Source of the DNA: Antedon mediterranea
Lineage: Eukaryota > Animalia > Echinodermata
Assembly (NCBI RefSeq): GCF_964355755.1
Contig: NC_092679.1
Span: 4,742,201 to 4,806,200 of the forward strand
Length of the DNA stretch: 64,000 nt
Direction: 5' to 3'
Under the pieces are notes generated by a model that saw only the letters and a list, made by a program, of their open reading frames with translations, was not told the origin of the DNA and searched no databases. Position numbers and translations under genes: made by a program. Shown piece by piece: positions 1-13,100 of this stretch; within the stretch, counting starts at the first letter, position 1, and every line of letters starts with the position of its first letter.

Positions 1-3000
1 AGGTCCCCGTTCCCATCCCAGGATCTTCGCTAGTGGGAATACACTTAATCCTCATTTTCAAACAAACAAAAATATTTTACTTCTGTGCTATACTATGTAC
101 AAGGTGAAAGTGTAAGGCAGATATTAAATTAAAAAACAAAATGGATACAGTAACTCCTAAACTGATGTAACAAATATTGCAAGAAATCACTCAAAAAATG
201 TACAAAAACAATAATAAGTGTCATTTTAGTACTAAAGAAAAACAACCATTAACTATAAGAAAAACCCTGTTTTCAGACAGCATAATGTACAACATTGGAT
301 TTAAAGAAACATGATACTACAAATTGCTATACTAAAACTAATTTTATCTCATCTCAACATGCTGATAGGCAGGTCTAAAATAGCTATGCAGCAAGCGAGG
401 TGCATCTGGGCCGTGTTGATGGTGGAGTGTATCGGTCAGTTGTTTACCTCCAATATTCACATCAATCTTGCCCATCCTGTACACCCCCATTTACCTTCAC
501 GTTCAAATTCACTTACAGAAATATGTATGTGTCTATTAAATCTAATAAGCATATATACAATATTTTTTCGAAAACAAATTATTAATTTAAATATATTTGC
601 TCTGGCATTGTACATATTCTCAACCCCGTTTAGTAATGAATCCCTTAAAAATCTTTTTGAAGATATTCTCAACCATCCAAATATGGTAGGCAACTATCTA
701 AATATTGTAGTCAACCATCATCCAGATATGGTAGTTGATTATCCAAATATGGTAGTCAGCCATTCAAATTTGGTAGTCCTTAAAAGGAAAGTCATTTATC
801 TACGTCTGATATTAAATACATGAATTCTCCGCAAGCTACCTAAAACCTAGTGCAATCCAATCATTACGTCAACAATTATAATAAGGCTTAGATTATACAT
901 ACGATCTATTTGCAATCTTATAAGATATAAGGAGAATTAGTTATTTTAAGAAGCCATATCCAAAAATAAATCAGCAGATATGAACAAAGTTGATACATAT
1001 TCAAGCAGTTAGGTAGCTGACAACCTAAGCAGATTTCCAACATCCTTTGTGAGATTATTACTTGCAAAAAAGTGGTAAGCAAAACGTGGAAAAACTGTCA
1101 GGAGCCAAATGATATAATACAGTGAAGACAGGACACATAGATGTTTACTTCTAATGGATCGCTTCGAGAATTAAACAACATTTGTTGCGCCGCCACTGAA
1201 AAAAAAAGGAATTTATTATTAGAATAATAATTTATATAGGTTTATCTGTTACTATCACACATTTCTATAAAGCAGATAGTAAAGGTCGCAGCTATTAGAG
1301 GTCGCAGATTAAAGGTCACAGCATACAGTAGATTCAACTGATTGAGTTCAACAGTTTGAGAAATTTTGGCAATGATACGAATTACATAGTTGACATTATT
1401 AACTAGGAACCAATGAGTGTTGTAAATTAAGCAGAATTTAGTAGTTTTTTTCGGACAACACTATATTGACCTTTAAAACTTATATTAATAGTTAATTATT
1501 TATTAGTTTATAAGTAAACCATTTACTATTAAATTATTAAAAACAAGCAAAGCATCAATACACTGTACTGCAGGGAATATTTTCATTAACAAATTTTGCT
1601 AATTCAATATGAATTTGAGTACAAAACAGAGTTTTATCAGAGAAGAGAGAATTAAGCTCTGTCTACACTATCAAACCAGTTTGGAAAAAAAAGTGTGATG
1701 TGCTCAAATATGGTAGTGATATACCTAAATATGGTAGTGATATGACATGTCCATATATGAGCACATCACATTTTTTTTATTCCATAAGGTTTATATTGCA
1801 TTTCTGGCTACGCCATTTGATAAATACACTGTATAATAGTATTGTGTAGCATTTGGCTATGCGAAAATCTTCCCTGTAGGTGCATGCATACAGTTTTATT
1901 AAAGCTCAAATACATTGGATTTAACATAAATAAGTTATGCACAATCTCCATATACACAGGACAAAAATCAAACATGTTTTCTAGTTTCACTTATTTCTAT
2001 AAACAATTAAATAAATGTCTAATTGTCTGTATTGTTAAAAAATAGCCAACAAAATAAATTAGTTGTTGCAGTTATATGGCTTGCTTCCAAATGTTTAATA
2101 AACCTTAACTACATTTTTGTACTTTTACAAATTATTTAAAATTAAAATAAAATATAAAAATAAATGTTTGGCGACAAAAACACTTTCACAGTACAACAAT
2201 TTTTTTTTCTACAATACAATTCAGTATAACTCTCCCAAAAACAAGCCTTCCTAGCCATAAGTTTGGCAAGGCCCACTATTGAAAATTTCGGGCAAGTCAA
2301 AATGTTTTGGGAAAGTTAACCGAGTAACAATTTACAAGCAAAACTAAGTGTAAACTTATCTTGTTTCAGGTTTTTTTTTTCTAAATCATAAAAATTATCA
2401 ATTTATAAATAATGTGAAAAAAAGTTAAAAAACCCAAATCGTATCACCAGCAAAGATTCACAAATTGAAAATATTATGAAATATGAACTTGAAAATCATA
2501 ATTACAACAGTAAATTTGGTATTCAAATTTTGGAGTGAAACTATTGCTTTTTTTTGTTGTTGAATTTCAATTTATGTATGTATATATAAATAAATAGAAA
2601 TTAATTGTAAATTAATGTTAATTGTGCAAGTATATATCTCAGATGATGAAAACAAAAAAACAGGAAATTCACTTAGAAAGTTATGACTTTCGTTCAATTT
2701 ATAAATATTTTCAGTGGGACAGAGAGAACAGTTACAAGAACAATTTGAAATAAATTGTATAATGAAATTCTACTTGATGTTCTAACCTTGTGTCTGGCTT
2801 TATCATTCTTGTGGTTTATTATACATTATAGCCACATAGTCATGGCTGACCTGTATGGCCGCCTAGGATATCAAGGAAGGCAAATTAAGTGATCGTTAGA
2901 GGTACATTGGGATTGGTTTTTAACAAAAATGTTTTACATAATTAACTCCAAATACCAGAAACACTTCTCTATGCTGGCACAATGTACCAAATTTGTTCCT

Positions 3001-3409
3001 AACGGTTAAAATCCATTATGAATAGGTTTTCCCAAGATTTTTTGTGACTGTATAGCAAATTTATTATATTGTTTGTAGATAATTTGTAAAATAATAGTTG
3101 TAGATAATCCAAACTAGAAAACAAAACATCTAAAATTCTTTCTTATAACTTTGTTAAAACTTAAGCTTTGATATTCATCTTATAATGCAAACAGGTTTAA
3201 TCATTAGGAAATTAGTACATGCCTTGTTATTTGAATAACTTATAACAATTTAATTATATTAGAATGTTCATGCCAAATGGTTTAAAATGTAATAATGATG
3301 GACCTAAAAAGATATAAACCATAATTTAGAAAATAAAGTTAAGTTAAGTTTGTTGACTATTGGGCATTTTTGTAAAACTCCACAGAATTCTCATTAAGAA
3401 TATGTTTAA

Positions 3410-3535
3410 AGCTCTGTCTACACTATAAAACTTTATATGACAAAATAATATGATGTGCCCATATATAATAGCATTACCATATTTGGGCACATCACTTTTT
3501 TTTTGTCAAACTAGTTTGATAGTGCACACAGAGCT
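3410..3535. mobile_element. Harbinger-like MITE family A (TIR AGCTCTGTCTACACTATCAAAC)
   Basis: Terminal inverted repeats flanked by a TAA...TAA duplication; internal GTGATGTGCCCA(T/A)AT motifs. Other copies or fragments near 1655-1790, 24214-24347, 40470-40715, 48570-48840, 51255-51475, 57860-57960, 60020-60142, 62785-62941. Confidence 0.75.
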
Positions 3536-3635
3536 TAAGTTGAATTGAATGGGAAATTGATACTAGTAGGATAAATTAGCAACATGCTGTTATAACTTGG
3601 CTTGGATCACGTGTTCTATTATTTTTAGCTACTAA

Positions 3636-3716
3636 AGCTTGGTTCCCACTAGGACTCAACGTAAGCACAGTGTAAGCTATTTGTTCAATAGCTTGCTTTC
3701 TAGTGGGAACCAAGCT
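3636..3716. mobile_element. Harbinger-like MITE family B (TIR AGCTTGGTTCCCACTAG), internally deleted
   Basis: taa-AGCTTGGTTCCCACTAG...CTAGTGGGAACCAAGCT-taa; relatives at about 30590-30770, 39625-39959, 40943-41100 and 58650-58772. Confidence 0.72.
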
Positions 3717-3950
3717 TAAAGTAAGCACAATGAACAATGCAGGCATAAATAATAATCGGAGTACAATAAAACTTCTCAAAACCAAAAGGTCTTAAAATTC
3801 TTTCTTCCATTAGTTTTAATACATTTCGCACCAGACATTTTTATACCAGCACAAGTACAAGAATTTCATGTATTCAGAACACGATTGCTTTAAAGGTAGC
3901 ATACGGACTGAGATATTAAAAGCTAGCAATAATCTTGCTCCAAATGTAAC

Positions 3951-4118
3951 CTACTTCGTTCCATCTACAGCTTCTGGATATGATGGTGGCGGGGTGACGT
4001 TACCGGAGTTGATAATTGATATTGGAGGTTCACCCTTCTCGGCTCTGTTTTCAAGTCCAAATATTTCCTCATTCTTCTCTCTAGGTGGCAGTCTTGAGGT
4101 GGTTAAATACTTAAGACG
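3951..4118 (-). CDS. SLC6 last coding exon (C-terminal tail)
   Basis: [55 protein letters not shown]; strong pyrimidine-rich acceptor. Confidence 0.85.
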   Translation of the reverse strand, partial: RLKYLTTSRLPPREKNEEIFGLENRAEKGEPPISIINSGNVTPPPSYPEAVDGTK

Positions 4119-7100
4119 CTGTAGAAGGAAAAAAAAAAGTTACATTATTAAATTAATCCATCCACTAGCTAAGTATTGTCCATCCACAGTTTATCTATTA
4201 ATATGTATCCTCATTAACATAACCACACCCTTTATATAAATATTCATATCTCCTCAACATAATTAACATAAATAAATCCATCAATGAATATACATATATT
4301 TAAATAACTGTATTTTCATTAAAATCTCATTTTTATTAACAATTATCATAATAAAAAAAACATACCCTTTATATAAATATTTAAATACATCCATCAATAA
4401 TTATATCTATATTTAAATAACTGCATTTTCATTAAAATCTTATTTATTATATCATGATAAAAACAAATGTTATATGTTATACCTCAGTGAATGTGCCTTC
4501 GGCTTGGTAGAATTGAATTCCGGCAATCAAAGGAACCATACACATGGATGTTACGGCCAGCATCCATCCAAACACGTACCCACCAGTAGGGTATCTGTAG
4601 GTCTCGTGAAACGACGTGTATTCAAGATGATTGTACTCGATCAAGCTGAACAAAAAGATACCCTGCAAGGCAACGAAAACGATATATTATAATGAGAGAG
4701 TTAACCTAATTTTGTTTAGGTTTTTTTTGTTATCAAACTTTGTTTAACGAGGGTGACTCATAACAGCCGAGGCTGACATGCATGAGGCCCTCAACACTTA
4801 TAAAACGAGAATGAATCCAATAAAAGAAAACATGAAAAAGAATGCCAAAAAAAAATTAGGAAAATAAATACATTTTTCTGACTGTTTTCCTTTATAGTTT
4901 TGAATTAGCTTTTTGCTTATTTTATTTTGTTGAATATTATTTGATATATCATATTATTATTCATTTAATCCTCATAAAAAATCTCATCAAATCAACTTAC
5001 AACTGCAAATAACGGAGTAAACAACATCCAGCAGATACGAAGCCAGTAACCTCTGACCCTAAAGCCGAGCATCTCCTCAAAATGATCCAAGAACCTATTG
5101 GGTCCTGAAATGAAGCAAAACAAATTACATTAAATTAATTAAATAATATAAAGTAGTATTGTTTGTTGTTATCGTATGTTTTTTTTTGTTTATTGATTTT
5201 CCACAAATAATACATCAAATATTTCTTTATAGATAATTAATTCATGTTTGTATTTGTCTGAATAAAGGGTTGGCCGTGTGTTCTTCCAAATGAGGGGTCT
5301 TAGTGGAGTTAAGAGTTATGTAATAAAAACTACTTACCATACACCCAACCAATAGCAATGGCTTCAAAGAACGCAATCCACAGCAAAGCAGAGCCACTGG
5401 CAGAATAGTAGTCAAATAATTGGAACACATACATTCCTCCCTACAAAAATAGAAACAATTGAACTAGGTTGTGTACTCAATGTTTAATAAAAAAATACAA
5501 TTCATGCAGTACAGTTTTTTTTTAGGTCATTATACATTGTTTGTCAGTGTTAAGCTATATAAAGAAAGGGCTAGTGTGCACGAAAGCTCTGCTAATTTTT
5601 CTGGCTGTTTTACTTTATTTTTGGGATTTAGCTTTTTGCTTATTATATTTTGTATCTCCATTAACATCAAGCCACTGATACCCACAGCATTGTCATTTTT
5701 CAGTGCTTATCTTATTTTGTATCTTCATTGAGATCCAGCCACTGATACCCACAGCATTGTCATTTTTTCAGGAATTGCCTTTGGATTTATATGCAACATC
5801 TTTATATCTTTGCGTGGATGGGTTGTATGCATGTCACCATCAATAACAAGCCTAACAGCAAGCAATCAGGCCACATGCTAATAATTTTATCATGTATGCA
5901 TGTGTGTGTGATTGTTCATGTTCAAGGCCAAGGCAATTATACCTGCGTTATCACGTCATACTATTTAAAGGAACTTCCTGGCATTTAATGTTCTAAAGGA
6001 ATTTGTTCTGGTTTAGGCGAGATAGAACTGGTCTATTTCCACCTCAAGTGATTATAAAACGAAATGTCATTTTTTTATAGCGTACTTTGTTAATGTCACT
6101 TTCCTATTCTAATAAAATCAATTTTATTACAAATTCTATTAAATATCTAATACAACTTGAGTTTTGGTAACATTAGAGGGGATTTTATTAAATGCTCTAA
6201 CAGTCAAACAAACAAAATGACTCAATCAAAGCCAAATTGTTTAATATTTTAACTAGAAGGAGCCAAGCTTTTTAGGATTTCAGTCTAATTATTTAAGTAT
6301 TTTTGTCACCCTTTAGCACTTAGAATTTTGTATAGTTGTTAATTCTATTCATAATTCCGAAAACTTCCATTTTTTTTTATCAATACATATTATTTTAAAA
6401 TCAGGGAATATGTCAAATTTATTCTAACTGCAGCAACTAACTTCTGTTTAATCCTTTACATGTTTAGTTTTTATGCGATTATTCAGCCATTTTGGGTGAT
6501 CATACGCACCGTTTAATGCAGTAAATGCCACATTAAACTAAAATAATATGTTATTGCAGCAGAGTAATTTCGACCTGATCCCTTATCAACAAAATAAAAT
6601 TGTTGACATGATTTCTTATCAATAAAAAACTTTTGATATGATCCCTTATGAATAAAAAAAAAATGTTGGCATAAACCCTTATCAATAAAAAAAAAACTTT
6701 TGACACGAACCCTTATCAATAAAAAAAAATTTGACATGATTCTTTATCAATAAAATAAAAACTGTTCACTTACATATGAAACCATGGTAAGACCAATAAA
6801 GAAAGACCAAATGCACACGCCAAGAATAAACAGCTCTTTTCTGTGACCACGTCTGAGATAGTTTGGGAAGAGATCAACTATTGCAGTCACCAGGCCTTCT
6901 ACTCCCACAAACTAAAAAAAAACAACCAGAAAACAAAAAATTAAATATGAAAAATTATAAGGGTACTGTAGAATATAAAATGAAAAAGTGAATAGAACTC
7001 TGGAGAATTAGAAATTAGGAAGAAAAAAATTGAGGAATGTTTAATAAAAAAAATAATTATATGAGCGGTAGCGGACTCATTTGAGTTACAGCGATGTATT

Positions 7101-10100
7101 TTGCTTAAGCTACCCCTACCCAGCAATTTTAGTCGCGTGCAACGCAACTCTACAGCTCACTATGTCGGTCGGTCGGTCGGTAAACACTAAATTAAGCACG
7201 TGATTGCAGCCATGTATATATTTATATTTTATTGATTTTATTCTAGTTGAATAACTAAACTAATCGGATACAGTAAAACACTCTATTCAGGGGACATACC
7301 TATTGAGGAAAGTGACACTTTATTATGAAAAGAACAAGGGTCCATGTATCGGTAAACACTTTGTCAGGTGCTAGATTTGTCCTATGATTAAGTAGAGTAT
7401 TTAATATGCTAGAAAATGGGGTATACGAGAGACTTCGTGGCATGGCCACACCCATAGTTCAGACTATTAGCACTCAAATGCACTAAGCATGTGTGACTAA
7501 ACTGTTTATCCCTTTAAGACCACTTTTGGGATTTTAGCAGTTTCAATCACCCTTCACCTCTGTACCTCCTGCCATCCCCTTCACCTCTGTACCTCCTGCC
7601 CTCCCCCTCCCCATTATCAAAACTAGAATATATTATATTTCTTCTAAAGTCAAGTTTCATACAAAGACAAATATCTCAAACATAGCACAGGTGGAATCGA
7701 ATACTTGACCTTTGACATCATAAAAACATGCGCATAAATATAATGTTGTAATATAGTACAACAGTGACAAGTTAAATGTAAAACCAGATGTTGTTTGAAT
7801 TGTGATCATCCCACATACCAAATTGGATTGCCGCCAAAAAGAAATATCAGTTATTTTCCTCATCAATTTCCCCCTTTATATGTTCTTCTATCAAATAAAA
7901 TTAATGATAAAGTTCAATTTAAAGTTCCATTCCCTACATTTTTTTTAGATCTAATTTAAGGTCACAAACTACATTTAATGTAAAAATAAATACTATGGTC
8001 CTATTGCGATAACTTTTTCCGTCTTTAAACGGTTAAAAATGTGAAAAATAAGCGGCCCGCTTTAAATCCCAACATGCATTGGGTGTGGATTGATATTTTT
8101 ATTTTTCTTATGTGATTCACCTACTTTCGATCGATCATGTGAGGCCAAAACAAATGGAAAAATATTAATTGTTATATGATATATTATTATAATTAATATA
8201 TTATTATTGACAATGAGTTATTTAAAAAAGAAATGGGCTTATAATTGAGCCACGACCTACCTGGCTGTCGATTCCTAATAGTAGTACCATGAAGAAGAAC
8301 ATAATGGACCATAGAGGGGCGATTGGCATCTGGGCTATGCCTTCAGGATAAGCCACAAAAGCCAAACCAGGACCTGTGAAAAAACAATACATGCATAATC
8401 AGGTGGGTATACAAACAAACAGACATCAATTTTCTCTCCAAAATAAAGGCGAAGTACAATATACAGTAAGTCTAAGTAAGACTAAGATTTTGGAATATAA
8501 AAATGATATATTATATGTCTATACATTTTAGACATTGCAAATTAAAATGGTGTACAGTAGAACTCCTTATTTGGGAAAGCCTTATTCAGCAGACACACCT
8601 ATTCAGAAAAATTCAACGGACACACCTATTCAGCAGACAGACCTATTCAGCAGACAGACCTATTCAGCAGACACACCTACTCAGCAGACACACCTATTCA
8701 GTGGACCCACTTATATTATATATTTATATAATACAAACTGTATAACATAGTTTGATATTTGTTGTTATATTACTCAATCCATAAAAATGTATAATCTTTT
8801 CTATATGGCACTTTTTTCTGTAATTCTAAACAGAAAATGATTATAGATGACCTATTATTGAATATCGAAACAAAGAGTATGACCAAAAGTATCAACCTAC
8901 CTGATCGTGCAACCTCGTCGATTGGTACCCCCTGCGTTACGGACATGAAACCAATAACGGAAAAGATGACGATTCCAGCATAGATACTTGTACCACTATT
9001 GACGGCAATAAATACAATACAATCCCTACCAATAAACCAATTTGATATGTAAATTAGGATGGTACATTATTACTTTCTAAATGCCAAGTATATTATTTTC
9101 TTTGCATGTTTTTTTCAACAGCACAATAGCCCCCAAAATTTAGTTATGTTATCATCATATTAAAACAAAATAACTGTAGGTAGGTATTGGTTTTTTAATA
9201 GGAAAATCGATAACTATGACCTGAAAAAGCTTAAAATCTTTATCTGAATTTGAGCCAAAATATAAAAAATCGTGTCATTCTATGCATTTTCCAAGAATAT
9301 TGGGCAAATTATCATTTATATTTTCATAAAAACAACCGTTTATAAATGAAAAGTTTTAGTATATACAAAGAGTGGAAACATATTTTGCAATGCTTAAAGC
9401 CTGTTTTCCTGGCAACGTTAAGTTGGGTTGAGTTTAAAATTGTTAAAGTTGAAAATAAATAATAGTGATGACGATGATCGAGCCGGACTGCTAATATTTA
9501 CACATTTTTACGCGATCATTATAGTTTCTTGGTTCTCTCGAGCGTTGCTGAGACACGCGGACGTGAATTATTACAAAACCAAGGCCGGCCACGCGCAGCC
9601 AGGCACACATGAAAATTGAAAAAGTTACGGGTCTTGATGCTTCAACTCAGCCTAGGACATACTTTCGCTGATATCTTATTCTAGGCTTACACTAACTTTA
9701 AATTAAATTGTTTTGATATTGTAATTTAATTTGACTTACATTTGTTGTTTTGAAATATCAGACCTTAAAAGTGTACAAAAAAAACCATTGTCGCGTTTTA
9801 AAAATTCAAGAATTGTCAGCGCGTACCTATTTTTTCACAAACTGCAATGACGTAATTTGTGAACCATTTGATTGGTTAGTTTTAACGATCGTAACGATCA
9901 TAATCGTTAAAGTTGAACCGAGTTCAACTTTAATGATTGAAGAATTTAACGATTTTAAGGGTTAATTTTTATCCCCTTTTCCTGTCAAATCGTTGAATCT
10001 GTCAACTCAATGCAACTTAGCGATCGACATGAAAACAGGCTTAACTATCTTATCATTCATAAAAAAATATAAATTATGCATGAGAATTTAATAGGTTATT

Positions 10101-13100
10101 AAAATCATAAATAAATTAAATGCAATATTTAGTTGATGGAAAATTCCACTATTTATGTTTGATACCATCAGATGCTAACTCAGATGCTTTTGTTGTTTTC
10201 GTAATCATTCTGGAATCTTGCCAAAAGTGCTGTGCTATTAAAGTTCACTTCAATTATTACATAATACCGAACCTTTCAGCATATAGTTTATACGATTTAT
10301 TGTTCAAAATTGTTCATCAGATTATGTAGCTTATTTATACTTTGTGACCTTTTAATACTGTAGGTATTCTTGAAGAAACAAACAAACAGGGATGAAAAGT
10401 GATGGAGATATAGTACTTAGAGTATGGTTGGCTACATCAGGGTTGAAGTCAAAATTTACCCATTAAAATTTACAAACTCGAGCCCAGAACTTGAGAAATA
10501 TGGTGCCAAAATGTTAATATTACAAAACAAAATAGTTAAAGATGTATTGTCCCTTGAAACACAAAAAGATGAAGGTCAAAATATTCTAAATTTAAATTGG
10601 CCATATCAAAGTAATATTAAAGTTATTCACTTTAAGTTGAAAATTCGAGCCAAAAGCAACAAGTTTACGTAATTAACAGGTAAAATAGTTTGATTACATT
10701 TCGTCTGGAAAATCGTCGCGAGCGAAAGTAAACAAAGATTTAAACCACGAGTACGCATTATGCATGATGCTAATTAGGATTGTTTACAACTCGTTATGGT
10801 TGAGAAGGTACTTTCACACAGATTGTGAGGAAGTTTTATAATTATGCATACAGACTAGCCAAACAAGCATGTTTCATTATGGGATATGTTTTGATCAAAA
10901 ACTTTGACTGGAAGTCAAAGTTATTTTTTTAACCAAAAAACGTCTGTATTTCAGTTAAATGATTTTTTTTCCGACAAATTTTTGGTGATAGTTAATAACT
11001 ATTATGATACTTTAAAATGACCCACCTTTTTTCGAAATCTGTTATTTTTTTTTTTTTTTTATTAGTCAAAGGGACAATACATCTTTAAAATTTGGAATTC
11101 TGAATATACTTTAGCCCTTGATGTATTATACTAAACATTTTAGCAAAGAGAACACAACGCGAAAACGGTCATTACACAACACAGTTGTGAAATCAGAGCA
11201 ACTGTTAATACAAAGTGATGTATTACCACCAACCATCTGTGCACTACACACAAATACATAACCATTCAAGAATTTCAATGGAATGGCGATTGTAGGATGT
11301 TTTTATTTTCAATCTAATACGGTCATGTACAAGTCAATTGGACCTTCAATTGTATTTAATAAATGACCCGAAGATGAACGATAATAAAAAACTATGTTTC
11401 AGAATTTTCGATCAGTATGTGAAATACGAAAAATGATGAAAATTATTACGCAATACAAGTAACTAATTATTGCGTAAGGGGATGGCACTGCTATGCAGTT
11501 TGGGACCTAAATTTCGACATCACTATCTGTTGCACTATTTATCTTGTATGACATTGCATTGTACGTCAATCGTTTCCATAACTCACTTTTGCTTGAATCT
11601 TATTTGGAACCATTTTTTTATAACGTTTTTAACATATTTAATAATGCTGTAGAATTTATTTTCATTTTTTATGCCTATTATTTTCTAAAATAATCTTAAA
11701 GCAGTGGAGTAAAATAGTGGCCAAACGCCCCTGCTTTATCACTCCTATGAGGCCTTAAATAGCTGGACAGTTGCATTGGACTGCTTATGCTCTGGGGCCC
11801 TTGTGTTTATTTAATCAGTGAGCGCTCATTCATAGTCGTTGCGCCATTGCTTAAAGGTAGTTTAATCAACATATTGTACTCTACTATTGTACTCTACTAT
11901 TGCTAGGTAAATTGTTGATGAGTTTAGTGCAAATAGTTCTATATAACCAAATTACAATTCAAGTATAGTATTTCATTATTAGTAGTTTTCTCAACTGTTC
12001 TGTCATCAGGCCTCATGTGCGTTACAAAAACAATTGTAAGATTTTATTGTCCTAATTAGAGAGTCACAGTATAGCTACCTGCCAGCTAGCAAATTGCAAA
12101 TGGAGGTCAAATCTGAGAGTATAACAACAACAAATATATATTTATATTAAAACCAAATGTCCTGCGTTCAAAAACATTTAGTAACAGTGTAGAAATGAAA
12201 TTTATTAAATGGCTTAGCAAGGTTGTTGATAATAGTGGAATTATCATTACTCAGAAATGAATTTTCTGCATAAGAGTTTTTTCGTAGGTGTTTTGCATGC
12301 TATTGTCAGTATTTTCGTTTCTGATTGTGCTAATCTTTAAAGTGAGTACCAATGCTTCTTTAAAAGGCCTACCTTATCAAGGTCATGGAACAAGTTAAGA
12401 ACAATGGAGATATATCTTGCGTAAATCAATTAAATAACTCACACGAAATCCAGATAATAACTAGGATTTTCATTTTTGTTCAACCTTTTTAGCTTTCTTT
12501 TTTGAACTACCTAATAATAATATCTTCAAGTGACCTTTGACCATATGAATTTTACACCTGTACAAGTTTGTCAAAGTTTAAATAGAGACATAACATTATT
12601 AAATAAAGTCAGGCAAAGTGTGAATGACTGACTACACTTCATATTTTTAAGCCCCATGCTTTTTTAGAAAACCAATTAATAAAAGTTAGATAACTAAATT
12701 TCCTGACACAAAAAATATTATTGAAAAAAAAACTAATGTCTTGTTATCAAATTCTCTTACCTCCAGAAGTTATGGTGGAATTTGTTGAAACTACTGAGGG
12801 CGCACCAAGTTCCGAGACCGATCGAGTAGGAGAAAAACACTTGGGTTGCAGCATCCATCCATACCTACAAAACAGATGCAACATTTTAATGTAAGCTAAA
12901 GTTAAGAAACTACCAAAGAGGCGAAAATAATATAGGTAGAATGTTTGCAGTTCAAAAGTGAGACATTAACAAATTAACCATGTCAAACATTAATAGGACT
13001 TGTAAAAAAGGTAAATGAGGTTGTTTGTTTGGCTTGAGTGTAGATGAAAGAACTACTGAAGGTGAAAACTTGTGTGTAGGTAATGAAAGATGTAATGAGA

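Noticed and set aside
311-823. 170-aa plus-strand ORF
   Set aside because: No recognisable domain; partly a 21-bp degenerate repeat; lies antisense to the probable SLC6 3' UTR or flank
3868-4692. Plus-strand ORFs 3868-4239 and 4474-4692
   Set aside because: Antisense shadows of real SLC6 exons
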